Positions 51,084 to 61,772 of a stretch of 64,000 nucleotides of DNA are shown piece by piece. The notes beneath the pieces were generated by a model. The model was not told the origin of the DNA. It was given only the letters and a program-made list of their open reading frames with translations, and did no database searches. Where the stretch lies: positions 992,001 to 1,056,000 of the forward strand of contig MU004190.1 in NCBI GenBank assembly GCA_010093605.1, in the 5' to 3' direction. Source of the stretch: Lophium mytilinum. Lineage: Eukaryota. Every line of letters begins with the position of its first letter. Position 1 is the first letter of the stretch. The translations under genes and the position numbers were made by a program.

Positions 51084-52200
51084 ATAGTAGACTTTAAATT
51101 GCGCATTATAGCTACCGCCCGTTTCTTCTCTAGTAGTAATTAGTATTCTATAACTATATATTAATATCTTTAAGCCTTCTAGTTTCTTTACCTTAATTAG
51201 CGTTCTAATAATATTACGCATAAGGTTAGAATATACTAGTAAACTATATATTAGATAGATAAGAATCTTCTTACCTATAGGGTTTCTATACCGCCGCGGA
51301 TAAGAGCCGGGCGGCCGCGCAGGCTTACGCCGGTAGATAAAGACGCGCTATTTAAATGGCTAAAGGCCTAAGAATAGCGTAATTAAGATAAGATAGCAGC
51401 TTAGCTTAATAAGAAGTGTAGTATTAAGGCTAGTAGATCTACTATCTCTTATATAATAAAGTAACGCGGCTAGAGTAGAAAGGTAGTAAAGCGCAAGTTA
51501 TTAAAGGCAAGTAAAGAGCTATAGCTTAGCTACCTAGTAGAACTCTCTTAGTATAAGGCTAATAATCTTATCTTTCTAGATAAATCTATCTTTAATAAAA
51601 AGACTGGCTGGCGCCACTATATATATATATCTATTAGTAATTCTATATACTACTAGAGTAATATAATAAGAGGTAAGATATAGAGTATATATATAGTAAT
51701 AAGCTAGAAGAGCTAGCTACTATATATAGGCGTGTAAGAAGAATACTTTAATAGTAATAAGTTCTATAGCTAGGTTATTAACTACCTGCTACTAGCGCTA
51801 TAGTAGGTATTTAATAGCTAATCTAAGGTAATTATAATAGATAATCTAGGTATATATACTAATAATCGCGTTATAGAGACTATAGAGGCCTAGGGCTATC
51901 TAGTATACTATCTTCTACTATACTCTTCTAACTTTAATTCTATTAAATTAACCTTTATAATACTTAAGGCCTAGATCTACTATAACTACTACTATAAGCG
52001 CTGTTACTATCTAAACTTTAGTACTTTCTTACAGGCAGTAATTAAGTAGAGTTACTATAATAGGTTTACTGCCCGCTAGTTCTAGTATATAGCTAGTAGA
52101 ATATATATTATAAGAAAGTATATAGCGTAGGTATATACTAAGCTAGATGCGTATAAGAGAGGTAATACTAATATCTAGGTTAAGAAGAAGTAGGCTAAGA
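51084..52200 (+). pseudogene. RIP-inactivated IS630/Tc1-like DD34E transposase (end approximate)
   Basis: Single frame: GRPRRLTP (HTH linker), IFLD(K/E)SIFN..TGWR with D at 51579, VIIIDNLG with D at 51840, and YLLLYSSNFNSIK (de-RIPed YLPPYSPDFNPIE) with the E codon at 51945. There are 34 residues between D and E. Confidence 0.88.
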
Positions 52201-53573
52201 AGTATATAATTATATAGCTTTTCTATTTAATATATACTCTATATATAGTATTACTATTTTAGTATTACTATTTTTTATATACTATCTAGGCTAAGGCTTA
52301 AGTATTAGTACTAGCGGATAATCTACAGCTTATATATTAGTATAGAGTAAAGTTATATAGTAAAGCTTAATAGCTATTATTTATTTTTCCTATATATTCT
52401 TACCTCTCTCTTAATTCTCTTTTTTTTTTAAACTCTATATACTATTAATTACTACCTCTATAATACTATAGCTAATAATACTAGTAACTAGGGCTCTATT
52501 TTTAGCCTAATTAATAACGTTCTTATAGAGCCCTTTCTCTCTCTACCTTTTACCGCGCATCTCTTTAGGGTTCGCCCGGACTTTAGGGTTTACCCGGATT
52601 CTCTAGCAACGCAGGTAGTAGTAGCTAGGCCGCTTTCTATTAAGAAGGAGATAATAGGCGTTTAAGCTAAAGATAAGGCGCTAGAAGCTTCCTTTAGTAA
52701 GAGCCTAGAGAATTCTAGCTCTTAAAGGCTTTATATAGTATATAGTAGGCCTATATACCCCCTTTCTACTCTTACTATTAGTAAAGATATCTATAATATG
52801 CCTAATTAAGAGAAGAATAAGAATAAGAAAGAAGAAGAGAGAACTAATCCCCCTCTACTATATATAATTTCTAGTATAGTAGCTTAAGAATTTAGCTAAC
52901 CTATTTATATAGAAAGCGCCGCACTTACTACCCGCCCTCTCTTCTTACTATTACTATTATTCTAGGCCTACTAACTCCCTCTTAGTATACTAATAACCTT
53001 ACTACTATTCTTAGCTTCTCTACTATTACTATAGCTCTTTAAGAGCGCTTCTACTGCGCTAAGCTTACTTATATAGAGCTTATTAATAGCTAATATAGCT
53101 AGAATTAGGCGGGCCTAGCCTATAGTATATATCTAGAGTGCGCCTAGAATATATCTATAGGGGGCTATTATTAGTATAATATTAATTTCTATACTAATAA
53201 TAATCTAGATAGTAAATATAGTGCGTATAGAGTTAGAAGTAAGCGCTATACTTAGGTTAATACTATAGAAGATATAGTAGCGTTTAAATAGACTCTAAAG
53301 CCTAGAGCTAGTTATACTAGAAGAAAGAAGTAGAGAATTAAGCTTATTTAACTATATATTTAGAAACTATAACTATAACTTTAAAAGTTTATTACTACTA
53401 ATTAATATTTCTATATATCTAGCACGTAGATATAAATATACGCGTTTAGATGCGTAATTTAGCTATTTATTTATATAATTTAGACTTATATTTACTAAGA
53501 TATAATAAAGTAATAGATTCTATCTCTATATAGCCTTCCCGTTTTATATATACTCTATATATAATCTAACCTA

Positions 53574-53836
53574 AGGCTTAAGTATTAGTAGTAAGAATCT
53601 AATTTTAATATTTTATAGCTTAAGTATTAGTAGTAAGGATCTTATTTTAATATTTTAAGGCTTAAGTATTAGTGTAGGGTAAATTTCCTCTATACTAATA
53701 CTTAAGCCTTAAAATAAGATCTATACTACTAATACTTAAGCTATAAAATATTAAAATTAGATTCTTACTACTAATACTTAAGCCTTATAATATTAGAATA
53801 TATTTTTATATTTTACCTATACTAATACTTAAGCCC
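53574..53836. repeat. Palindromic array of GCTTAAGTATTAGT motifs
   Basis: Three forward copies followed by four reverse copies; the outer ~60 bp arms (from 53574 and ending 53785) are reverse complements. A further forward copy lies near 52295. Confidence 0.85.
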
Positions 53837-56703
53837 CACGTTATAATAGCCCTAATTTAAAATAGAAATACTAAAATAGAAAGGCTATATAGCCTATATA
53901 TTAAATAGAAAGGCTATATAATTATATACTCTATATCTACTCTATATACTACTATTCTCCCTCTAGAATAAAGCCTTCTCTATACGCGTTTATATATATA
54001 TCTACTAGGTTTACTAGGTTCTTTATAGCTTATATAGTTCTATAGAAGTCTTTAAATCTATAGATCTTATCTATAAACTTTATAGCTATTCTATCTAGTA
54101 TTTCTCTACTAGTAGCTATCTTATACGCCTTAGAGGATCTATCCTCTATTTTCTAGAGAAACTCTAAGGTCTAGGCCTACTATAAGTAGACGCCGGCGGC
54201 CTTAACCTATATTCCTTGCGCTATTTAGTTAGTTATATTATTTACTTTCTACTAGAAGAAGGCCTCTATTAGTTTAGTATTATCTACACCCGGCGCTATA
54301 GGGCTTAAGCTTCTAGGCTAAATAATAGGCGCGTAAGGAAGGGGCGCTATAGAGGGCTATAGAGTAGGGGTAGGCTATAGAGTAGAAGTAGGCTATAAAG
54401 TAAAAGTAGGTAGAGAAGAAGTATACCTAGCTATAGTATAGAGGTTTAGCGGCGCAGAAGCCCCCTAGTATAGCGGCGGCTAAGAGTAATAGAAAGAAAA
54501 AGGGATCTACTATAACTACTACTAAGGCTAGTTAAAGTCTATCTTAAATATTAATATAGCTATTTTTATCTATATTATCTTTAGCTATATATTTAAGAAG
54601 CTAGCTATAGTATTTTAAATATTTAGTACTATCTACTACGCTAGTTATATCTATATAGTCTATATAGGCTATTAGTATTACTTATTAATTACTCTATTCT
54701 CTATTAGCTTTTAGTATAGCTTTATAGGAGGCGCGCGGATTATAGTATTATTACTAATTATAGTATTAGCTTATATCTTATAGTACTTTAGAAGGAGGAT
54801 ATAGTACTACTTCTTCTCTATAAAGTAACTATTATTCTTATTTAAGTAATTCTTACTTATATATATCTAGTCCTTTATAATTTTAAGCTTAAGATCTCCC
54901 CTATCTATAAAGTAACTTAGTTAGACTTACTACTACTCTAGTAGCTTACTAGTATAGTACCTACTACTAGATAGAGGCGCGGGCGCAGGTAATAAGCCGT
55001 TAGGCTACTTAGATCTCTTTCTCTTAGCTAGCAGCGCTGGGGTGTTATATAAGACCTTATACTTAAAAATAACTATAATTATTAAGCGCGGATTATCCCT
55101 CTATATAGTATTTATTAGCGCGTGCACCTAGGTAAACTCTATTATTAAAAAGTCCTCTAGGTTGTAATAGCGCGTTCCTCCTCTTCTAGTAGATATTCTA
55201 ATGCTAGCTATATACTTAATAACTCTATAAATAGTATTATAGTTACCCTCTTAAATAGCTCTCTCTACTATCTTCTTAAGCTTCTTCTTAATAACCCTAC
55301 TATTAAGCTAAACGCGCGTACTATTTAGCTATATAGATTAGCTAATAGTCTTACTATTTATAAATAACTTAGATAATATAAGTATAATAAAGTTATTAAT
55401 AAGCTGCTTTGCAGGCATAAATATAACCTTAATATTAGATATAGTTAGGTCTATCTTAGTAAATAACTACCTTCTCTTCTTTATATACGCTTTTACCTTA
55501 ATCTTATTTATCTAGTTTATAAAGAGGCGCCTACTAGTTCTATTAAGATACTCCGCTATAAACTATTCTATAAAGCGCTTAAGCTTCTTATCTATCTTCT
55601 TACCCGGCTTAGGTAATATTAGTAGATTATTTTTCTTTTTCTTATCTACTTTCTCTATATCTACTATAACCTTATTAGCGCGACACTTATAGTATCTACC
55701 TTGCAGCTTCTAGCTAGGCGGCATCTTACTATTACTATTTCTTAATAGATTAGAGTCTATTCTATTCTCTATATTCTAATACTTACGCTTATTTAGAGTC
55801 TTAATATATATATATCTAGCCTTAAGTAAACTAGAGTACTAGTTACCTAAATAGCTACTAATTCTCTAGCCCTAGGGCGGATTAATAGTAATATTAGGGC
55901 GTCTTTTCTTAAGATCTACTAGGCGCTTAGCCGCTAACTTAGTAGTAGTAGAGCCCCTTCTATAACTAGTAGTAAAGCCCCTTCTATAGCTAGTAGAAGC
56001 TACTACTATAGCTACTATAGTACCTAAAAGGGCGCTACCGCCTCTTATAGTGCCTCTTATAGAGCCTTTTATAGCCTTAGACTTCTTATCTATTACCTTA
56101 TATATAGTAGTAGCTAATAGGTATCTAGTAACTTAAGCCTCTACTTTATCTTATAATAGATCTTTCTCTTCTATTAAGTGCACCTTCTCTTTATATTAGG
56201 CGGCCTACTCTACTATACGCGCCTGCGCTTTTATAGAAGCCTTTAGGGGCGTAGGCACCTTTATAGGCGCTGCTGCAGCCTTTATAGCCTTTAGTGCCTT
56301 TCTAAAAGCACGCATTAATACACCTAGCGTTAATATATTTAGAGAATCTAGAATAGCCCTATCTAGAGTACTACTAGTAGAGGTAGAGGCCTTCTAGTTA
56401 AAGAAGATATAGCGGGCTTTACTACGCGTTAATTGCGCAGGAATATAGGTATCTAGGGCTTTTAGAGATACTATAATATTAGGAAAAGTTAGTATATAGC
56501 CTTTAGAATAGTATAAATAGCCTTACTAATTATTAAGTTAGGTAGTATTAAGATGCGGTAAAAAAATTAAGTTCTCTAGGTAGGATTCTAATATTTCTTA
56601 TATAAACTAAGATATATATAGTAGGGACCCGGCGCTAAGAATTAACTACTATTTTACACCCGATAAATCGTCCGGTAAGGTGTAACGCTTAGGCCCGAAT
56701 ATT

Positions 56704-57180
56704 ATTTATCGGGTGTAAAATAGTATAGAATCCTTAGTAAAAGTCTCTACTATACTATATATTTTCTAATAATATAAAGTTTTAAATATAAAGTTATTAC
56801 CTTTAAATTTCTATAAAAGCTACCTTATAGACTACTTACTCTATCTTTAAAGTATAGGTATTAAATATAGATAGAAAGAGAAGTTATTTATAGGTAAAGA
56901 TAGGTATAGAATTAGCAGGTAATAGGGGTATAGTAGGGGTGTAATAGGGGTGCAACTTTTATAAATAGTACCTCTTCTTACTATAACTAGAATTTTATAC
57001 TTAGAAATTATTTATAAAAGCTAAAACCTAAGTAAAATACTCTAGTAGCTTATATCTATACTCTATTAGCTTTTAGACTTAATTCCATTAACGAATGCTG
57101 TAGTTGATATTCCTGGGAATAAATTCGGTGTGGCAGAGACTTTTGCCAAGTAATTCCGTGCTGTTTTACACCCGACAAAT
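56704..57180. mobile_element. ~480 bp MITE-like element sharing termini with the 5.8 kb element
   Basis: Left end ATTTATCGGGTGTAAAATAGTATAG (RIPed); right end ...GTGCTGTTTTACACCCGACAAAT; inverted similarity over ~55 bp. Confidence 0.8.
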
Positions 57181-57753
57181 TCTCAGATGTGCCCTCTGCG
57201 TACAACACAGTGCAACCGGCTTTGATTGGATGCAGCCTTATTGATAACATCGTACCAGTATCACCGGACGATGGGATAGAGGCCGTTGTATTGCTACCTA
57301 CGTGCCTACGTGCCTATAAGCATGCCAAAACAGTTAAATCCTTACCTTATTACGGCCTCTCTGTATTAAACCTAGCCCCCCCTACATCGCCGCTGTACCC
57401 TACTGGCTATCCTCCTCGCATAATGCTATCTGACGTTAGAGCTCCTTATAAGGAAGCCGCGCTGGCGCCGCCTAAGGCTAAGGAGCAAGCTGAGGCTAAG
57501 GCTAAGGCTTAGGATGGGCGCTCTCAGGCCGCTATACTGCCTTCCGTGGTGCTGCTGCTGTTCTATAATGCCCTCCTTTAAGCCAGGCGGCCGGCAACTG
57601 GATCTCTGAACAAAAGTCCAAGCCGTTCTAGCTAATTAAAAGATTAGATGATAGGGGTGTGCATCTACTAGAGTTGGGGGGTGTTAATATACGATAGGAG
57701 GGTGTGGAAATACTCGTGCCCCTTTTTTTTGTCGTTGTCTCTCTCTAAGCCTC

Positions 57754-58761
57754 TCACGTCCTCGCCCCGTACCCTCTTAAACTCTCACAATCCAAAGGAT
57801 TGTTTCCCACAAAACTTGGATCCGTTCTAATCCCCCACACGTCCTCCCAAACCTTTTCTCCTTTGAAGGTCTTAAGCCTTGCATTTACTTGCCCATTCAC
57901 TTCAACCGGCTGATAATGACCCGTCGACACACTTGTGTTGAATAACCGCACCATCTCATCGCACCTGCGCCCATTCGCCGAACTCGGCTGGTTCGTGACG
58001 TTCTTCCAGAACCTCATGTGGTATGGACCCGAACCCAGTGGCTTGAACCTTGAGTAGACGTCTGCGCTCATATGCCCGACGACCCGAAGATCGACGCTCC
58101 TTCCAAAAGTTGTCGTGTAATCGCTATCCGGCTCTCTATGATACGCTTCACAGTTTGGCTCAAATACCGCGTCATGAATGTCTGTGCCGAATTCGCGCGC
58201 CTCGGTGATCGCGGGAATTTTCGATGCCGTTATGGTTTTCAAAATTTCCGGTACCCATCTGAAAGAAGTTGAATTGTCTCCTAAAAGGTCGACGAAGGGG
58301 AACTCGATGCTCGCGCTCGAGAAGTCGGGAACGGCGGTTTGAGGGACAGAGCCTGGGTTCAACACGGAGCTGATGTCGTGGTAGTAGCTCGCTTGGAACA
58401 GGCAGGGGTACTTGTCTAATGGGAAGTCTGGGAGCTCGGCTTGGATGGCTGAAGTTAAGATGGTGTATTTGGAGGGTATAATGGAGCGAGCGAGGGAGAG
58501 TGGGATGGGGAGGACGGCGAGAGTGCCATTTATGGTCCCGGTTATTCTTCTATCGAAGTATTGCTTGGCGAGGGGGTTGGGTTGGGATTTGGAATAGGCG
58601 GTGCAACTTTTATTGGATCTAACTGGCCAGAGCGATGGCGGCGGCGGTGGCCCGTAGACGTCTTCCGGCCTGGTAACAGGGAACGGTTGTTCGAGGGGTT
58701 TTGCGAACGAAAAAGATAAGTATAGGAAGAGAGCGAGGAGGAGAATATGCTGGGGAGGCAT
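57754..58761 (-). CDS. Secreted hypothetical protein (335 aa, intronless)
   Basis: Signal peptide MPPQHILLLALFLYLSFSFA; long open ORF with several N-X-S/T sites and Cys residues; TATAAAA upstream near 58825. Confidence 0.8.
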   Translation of the reverse strand: MPPQHILLLALFLYLSFSFAKPLEQPFPVTRPEDVYGPPPPPSLWPVRSNKSCTAYSKSQPNPLAKQYFDRRITGTINGTLAVLPIPLSLARSIIPSKYTILTSAIQAELPDFPLDKYPCLFQASYYHDISSVLNPGSVPQTAVPDFSSASIEFPFVDLLGDNSTSFRWVPEILKTITASKIPAITEAREFGTDIHDAVFEPNCEAYHREPDSDYTTTFGRSVDLRVVGHMSADVYSRFKPLGSGPYHMRFWKNVTNQPSSANGRRCDEMVRLFNTSVSTGHYQPVEVNGQVNARLKTFKGEKVWEDVWGIRTDPSFVGNNPLDCESLRGYGART

Positions 58762-59356
58762 TTTGAAAGAAAGGCTGGAATGCTATGCAAAGAGAGGAAA
58801 TTGACGGCTTCTCAGCTCCTTTTATAAGCAACCCGGATTACAATCAAAATGGCGCTGGTGGTGATCTATGAGGCTGTTTGGGCCTAGGGCTTGCAGCATC
58901 GTGGTTTGACGTTGTAGCACCCACGGGTGCAATGCTTCTCGCGCCACGGCCACTGGATGCCTCCACAGTAACCCCAGGTAAACGTGCGACTAGACCCGTC
59001 TCACGCTGATCCAAGGGAATGAAGTGCACAAGTGACGAAATACCCGGCCAGTGAAATAGATCGATAAGGAAGATAACTCTTGCGCTTCCTGGTGATCGTG
59101 GTATTGCTTGATGGTGATTGGTTGGGCCTACAGATAGAGAAGCGGATCACATTACATACTCCGGAACGATCATTGGGAAGTGCTCGTAGAATCCATGGAA
59201 AGTTTAAATGATAGTTATTGCTTAGGTAAGTGAAGCCTTCTTTTTCCTTCAAGCCAGGTTTTGTGATCCCCATAAAGTCCCCGTCCGAAAATAGCAACAT
59301 TCTCCTTTCAATATACAATCGGTTCTTCACGATCTTAGCAAACTCCATCCTCCACT

Positions 59357-60253
59357 TCAGTTCTTAAAATAGTGCCCTTCTCCAATATCTGCAATAAGTC
59401 CAGGCTGCGTCGGCTCCCAACCAAGCGCCTCCCTCGTCTTCTTACTAGAAGTCGGATTGTCCCTCGAAAACGGCATTGCCACGAAACCAAAGTGCGCTGT
59501 GGCTTCTTCCATACTCTTGCTGACGACAGGCACGTTCAACCCCTTGCCAATGGCTTCCGCGATCTCCTTGGTGGAGACCGCCTCGTTGGCCACAGCGTGA
59601 TAGACAGCACCGGCAGTGCCCTTATCTAGAGCTAAGGCGAAGGCTTTGGCAGTGTCGAGCCGATGTGTTGCCGGCCAGCGGTTGGCTCCATCCCCGATAT
59701 AGACGGATATCCCTTTCTCCCGGGCAGTTTTGATGAGCATGTCGATAAATCCGTGGTCGCCTTTTCCGTAGTTCGTGGGTGGAAGGCGCACGACTTCAGC
59801 ACGCACTCCTTTCGGCACGAACGATAGCGCCAGCTGCTCCGCCAATCCGCGCACGGCCACAGGGACAGTGTAGTCGCCGTTGTCGTCTTCGGTAGCTATT
59901 TTTCCGAGGGGAAGCAACAAAGTCCCAGACGTAATGATGAAGGGGCGGTTGGTGCCGGATAGAGCCTCTCCTATAGCCTGAATAGCAACTCTGTCTTTTT
60001 TGTTGATGCCCTCAAAGTCAGAGAAGTTGTGGTCGAAGGCGAGATGGATTGTTGCGTCAGTATTGGAGGCACCCTTCTTTAGGCTCTCTAGATCTTCGAG
60101 CGCTCCACGATGTGCTTCGGCGCCGAGAGCCTTCAGTGCTTCGGCGCCCTTGTCTGAGCGGGTGAGGCCCAGAACTTGGTGGCCCGCGGCAAGGAGCTCT
60201 GGAACCACTGCTGTGCCAATGAAGCCAGTGGCGCCGGTGACGAAAACGCGCAT
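59357..60253 (-). CDS. NAD-dependent epimerase/dehydratase, atypical SDR (YLL056C-like), intronless
   Basis: MRVFVTGATGFIG Rossmann motif, HLAFDHNF, VRLPP, YIGDGANRWPATHRLD, LGWEPTQPGLIAD. Confidence 0.92.
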   Translation of the reverse strand: MRVFVTGATGFIGTAVVPELLAAGHQVLGLTRSDKGAEALKALGAEAHRGALEDLESLKKGASNTDATIHLAFDHNFSDFEGINKKDRVAIQAIGEALSGTNRPFIITSGTLLLPLGKIATEDDNGDYTVPVAVRGLAEQLALSFVPKGVRAEVVRLPPTNYGKGDHGFIDMLIKTAREKGISVYIGDGANRWPATHRLDTAKAFALALDKGTAGAVYHAVANEAVSTKEIAEAIGKGLNVPVVSKSMEEATAHFGFVAMPFSRDNPTSSKKTREALGWEPTQPGLIADIGEGHYFKN

Positions 60254-61772
60254 ATTGTTGGATGTGATGGTTTGAGAGTGTAAAGATTGACTCGGAAAAG
60301 GAGGCCGATGTAATTAGACGAAAGACAGATTTGATGAAGTGGAATCGTCCTTTTCGATATTGGAGAGTGCGTGAAGATCTTCAAGAACTATTTATATCAG
60401 ACAACAAAGAGGAACTATGACTTAGTCCACTGGATTCGCACGAAGATATTCGGTCGAGTAGTCGAGATTTATACATTTTCGTCGTGTTGAACCCCTTTGG
60501 TCTGTAGTATCAATCTTTACTCCGTAGAAATCTTAGCACCGGCGAACGGCGCGCTTGGCTGCCGACGATGCATACGAGTGAGAGAAGGAGGCTGGGGTTG
60601 AATCGATTGAAAATACGATGTAGGGCATAGCGCGATGTAGCCCCCGCAGAGTAAGTCCACAAGAAGTTAGCAGTCGGCCAAACTACGATGCCACACCCTC
60701 ATCTGCACATACTCACAGCCTGGAAATACTCCAATAATATGAAACGGCGTTCCAACACGAGCCTTAAATCCGACTAAACTCACTTTAAATATCGTGAATC
60801 CCGAGTGAACAGGCTTTAGGCGCATGAATCACGATTCGAGGTTAGAGCATTACCCGATCCAGAACCGGGTTTCGGACTTAACGGGAGTTGCGAAAGTCGG
60901 CCGATTGATCAATTCGATAGGCAGGTTTGCTTCAATGCATAGACGTTAGAAATACAGTACTATGTCATGGTTGGGCACTCCTTGTATCTGTATGGGGTAT
61001 CCAAATAGGCTTTCAAAGGTCCATGGACGATGTAAACATCAACACAGTGGATGCTAAGCTACCTTTTGATCGATGGCCTATGTTTCATCAGGAGTAGTGT
61101 TCGTGGTAACTGGTTGGCATTGAGAGTATTGGTGGTAAATCCTGCTCTTTAGCAAGGTGGTATATCAAAAGGGGTTTACGGCATCAGGTACGTGAACGAT
61201 TAGGTCATAAGTTTGGGCCCACGGAAATTAGACGTACTCGGGCTTCTCTCTTACTCGCTCATCACTATTGAGAGGAGTGTCCGGCTCGTAGGTGTTCTGT
61301 TAGTCAAAAGGTAGCCTAATTACCACTGCGATAACCTTTACATTGGATCTCAAGCTTGGACCCTATGGGGATACCCCGAGTACTAGTAAGATATAATGCC
61401 TAATCTTTTGTTGACAATAATTGCGTAGCGAACAGGCAATTACTCTGATCAAAATATAGGAGCTTTTGATAAATCCCGTATATCACTTGAGTGTTCTTGA
61501 TTATCTGCTCGACGCTACTGGGGGCACTCGTGCCTCAAGAAAGTGAACGTAGGATGTGAAGTTCCAGACGGTCCTGACGGTGCGAGTTAGTGCACAAACT
61601 CGTGTTTTGTGCCCTGTGCACGCCAAGGCTTTTCACAAACCGCCGACCACCGACGCCATCTGAAGCTCCAGCATCAACACCACGCTCTTTCACCAAGGCC
61701 ACAGTATCGAACATCCCCACCTAACAACCTCACTCTCTCCACCTCTTACTCTACCTTGCCAAGGATTTCAAC

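Larger units (their letters stand above)
50893..56668. mobile_element. RIP-mutated 5.8 kb element with ~200 bp TIRs, carrying a Tc1/IS630-like transposase and accessory ORF relics
   Basis: 50893-~51085 (ATTTGTCGGGTGCAAAATAGTAG...) is inverted at ~56475-56668. The interior is extremely AT- and TpA-rich and depleted in CpA/TpG. Confidence 0.88.
50603..57721. mobile_element. Outer TIR DNA element with 67-bp TIRs and an 8-bp TSD, hosting nested insertions
   Basis: 50603-50669 GGGCACGAGTATTTCCTCACCCTCCTATCGTATATTAACACCCCCC... is the near-perfect reverse complement of 57655-57721. Both ends are flanked by CTTTTTTT (50595-50602 and 57722-57729). Confidence 0.88.

Noticed and set aside
53574..53836. 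CRISPR-like repeat array
   Set aside because: Eukaryotic context, the repeats switch orientation, the spacers resemble each other, and there are no cas genes.
57189..57512. 107-aa ORF inside the outer element as a transposase
   Set aside because: No DDE or DNA-binding motif; partially RIP-affected low-complexity sequence.
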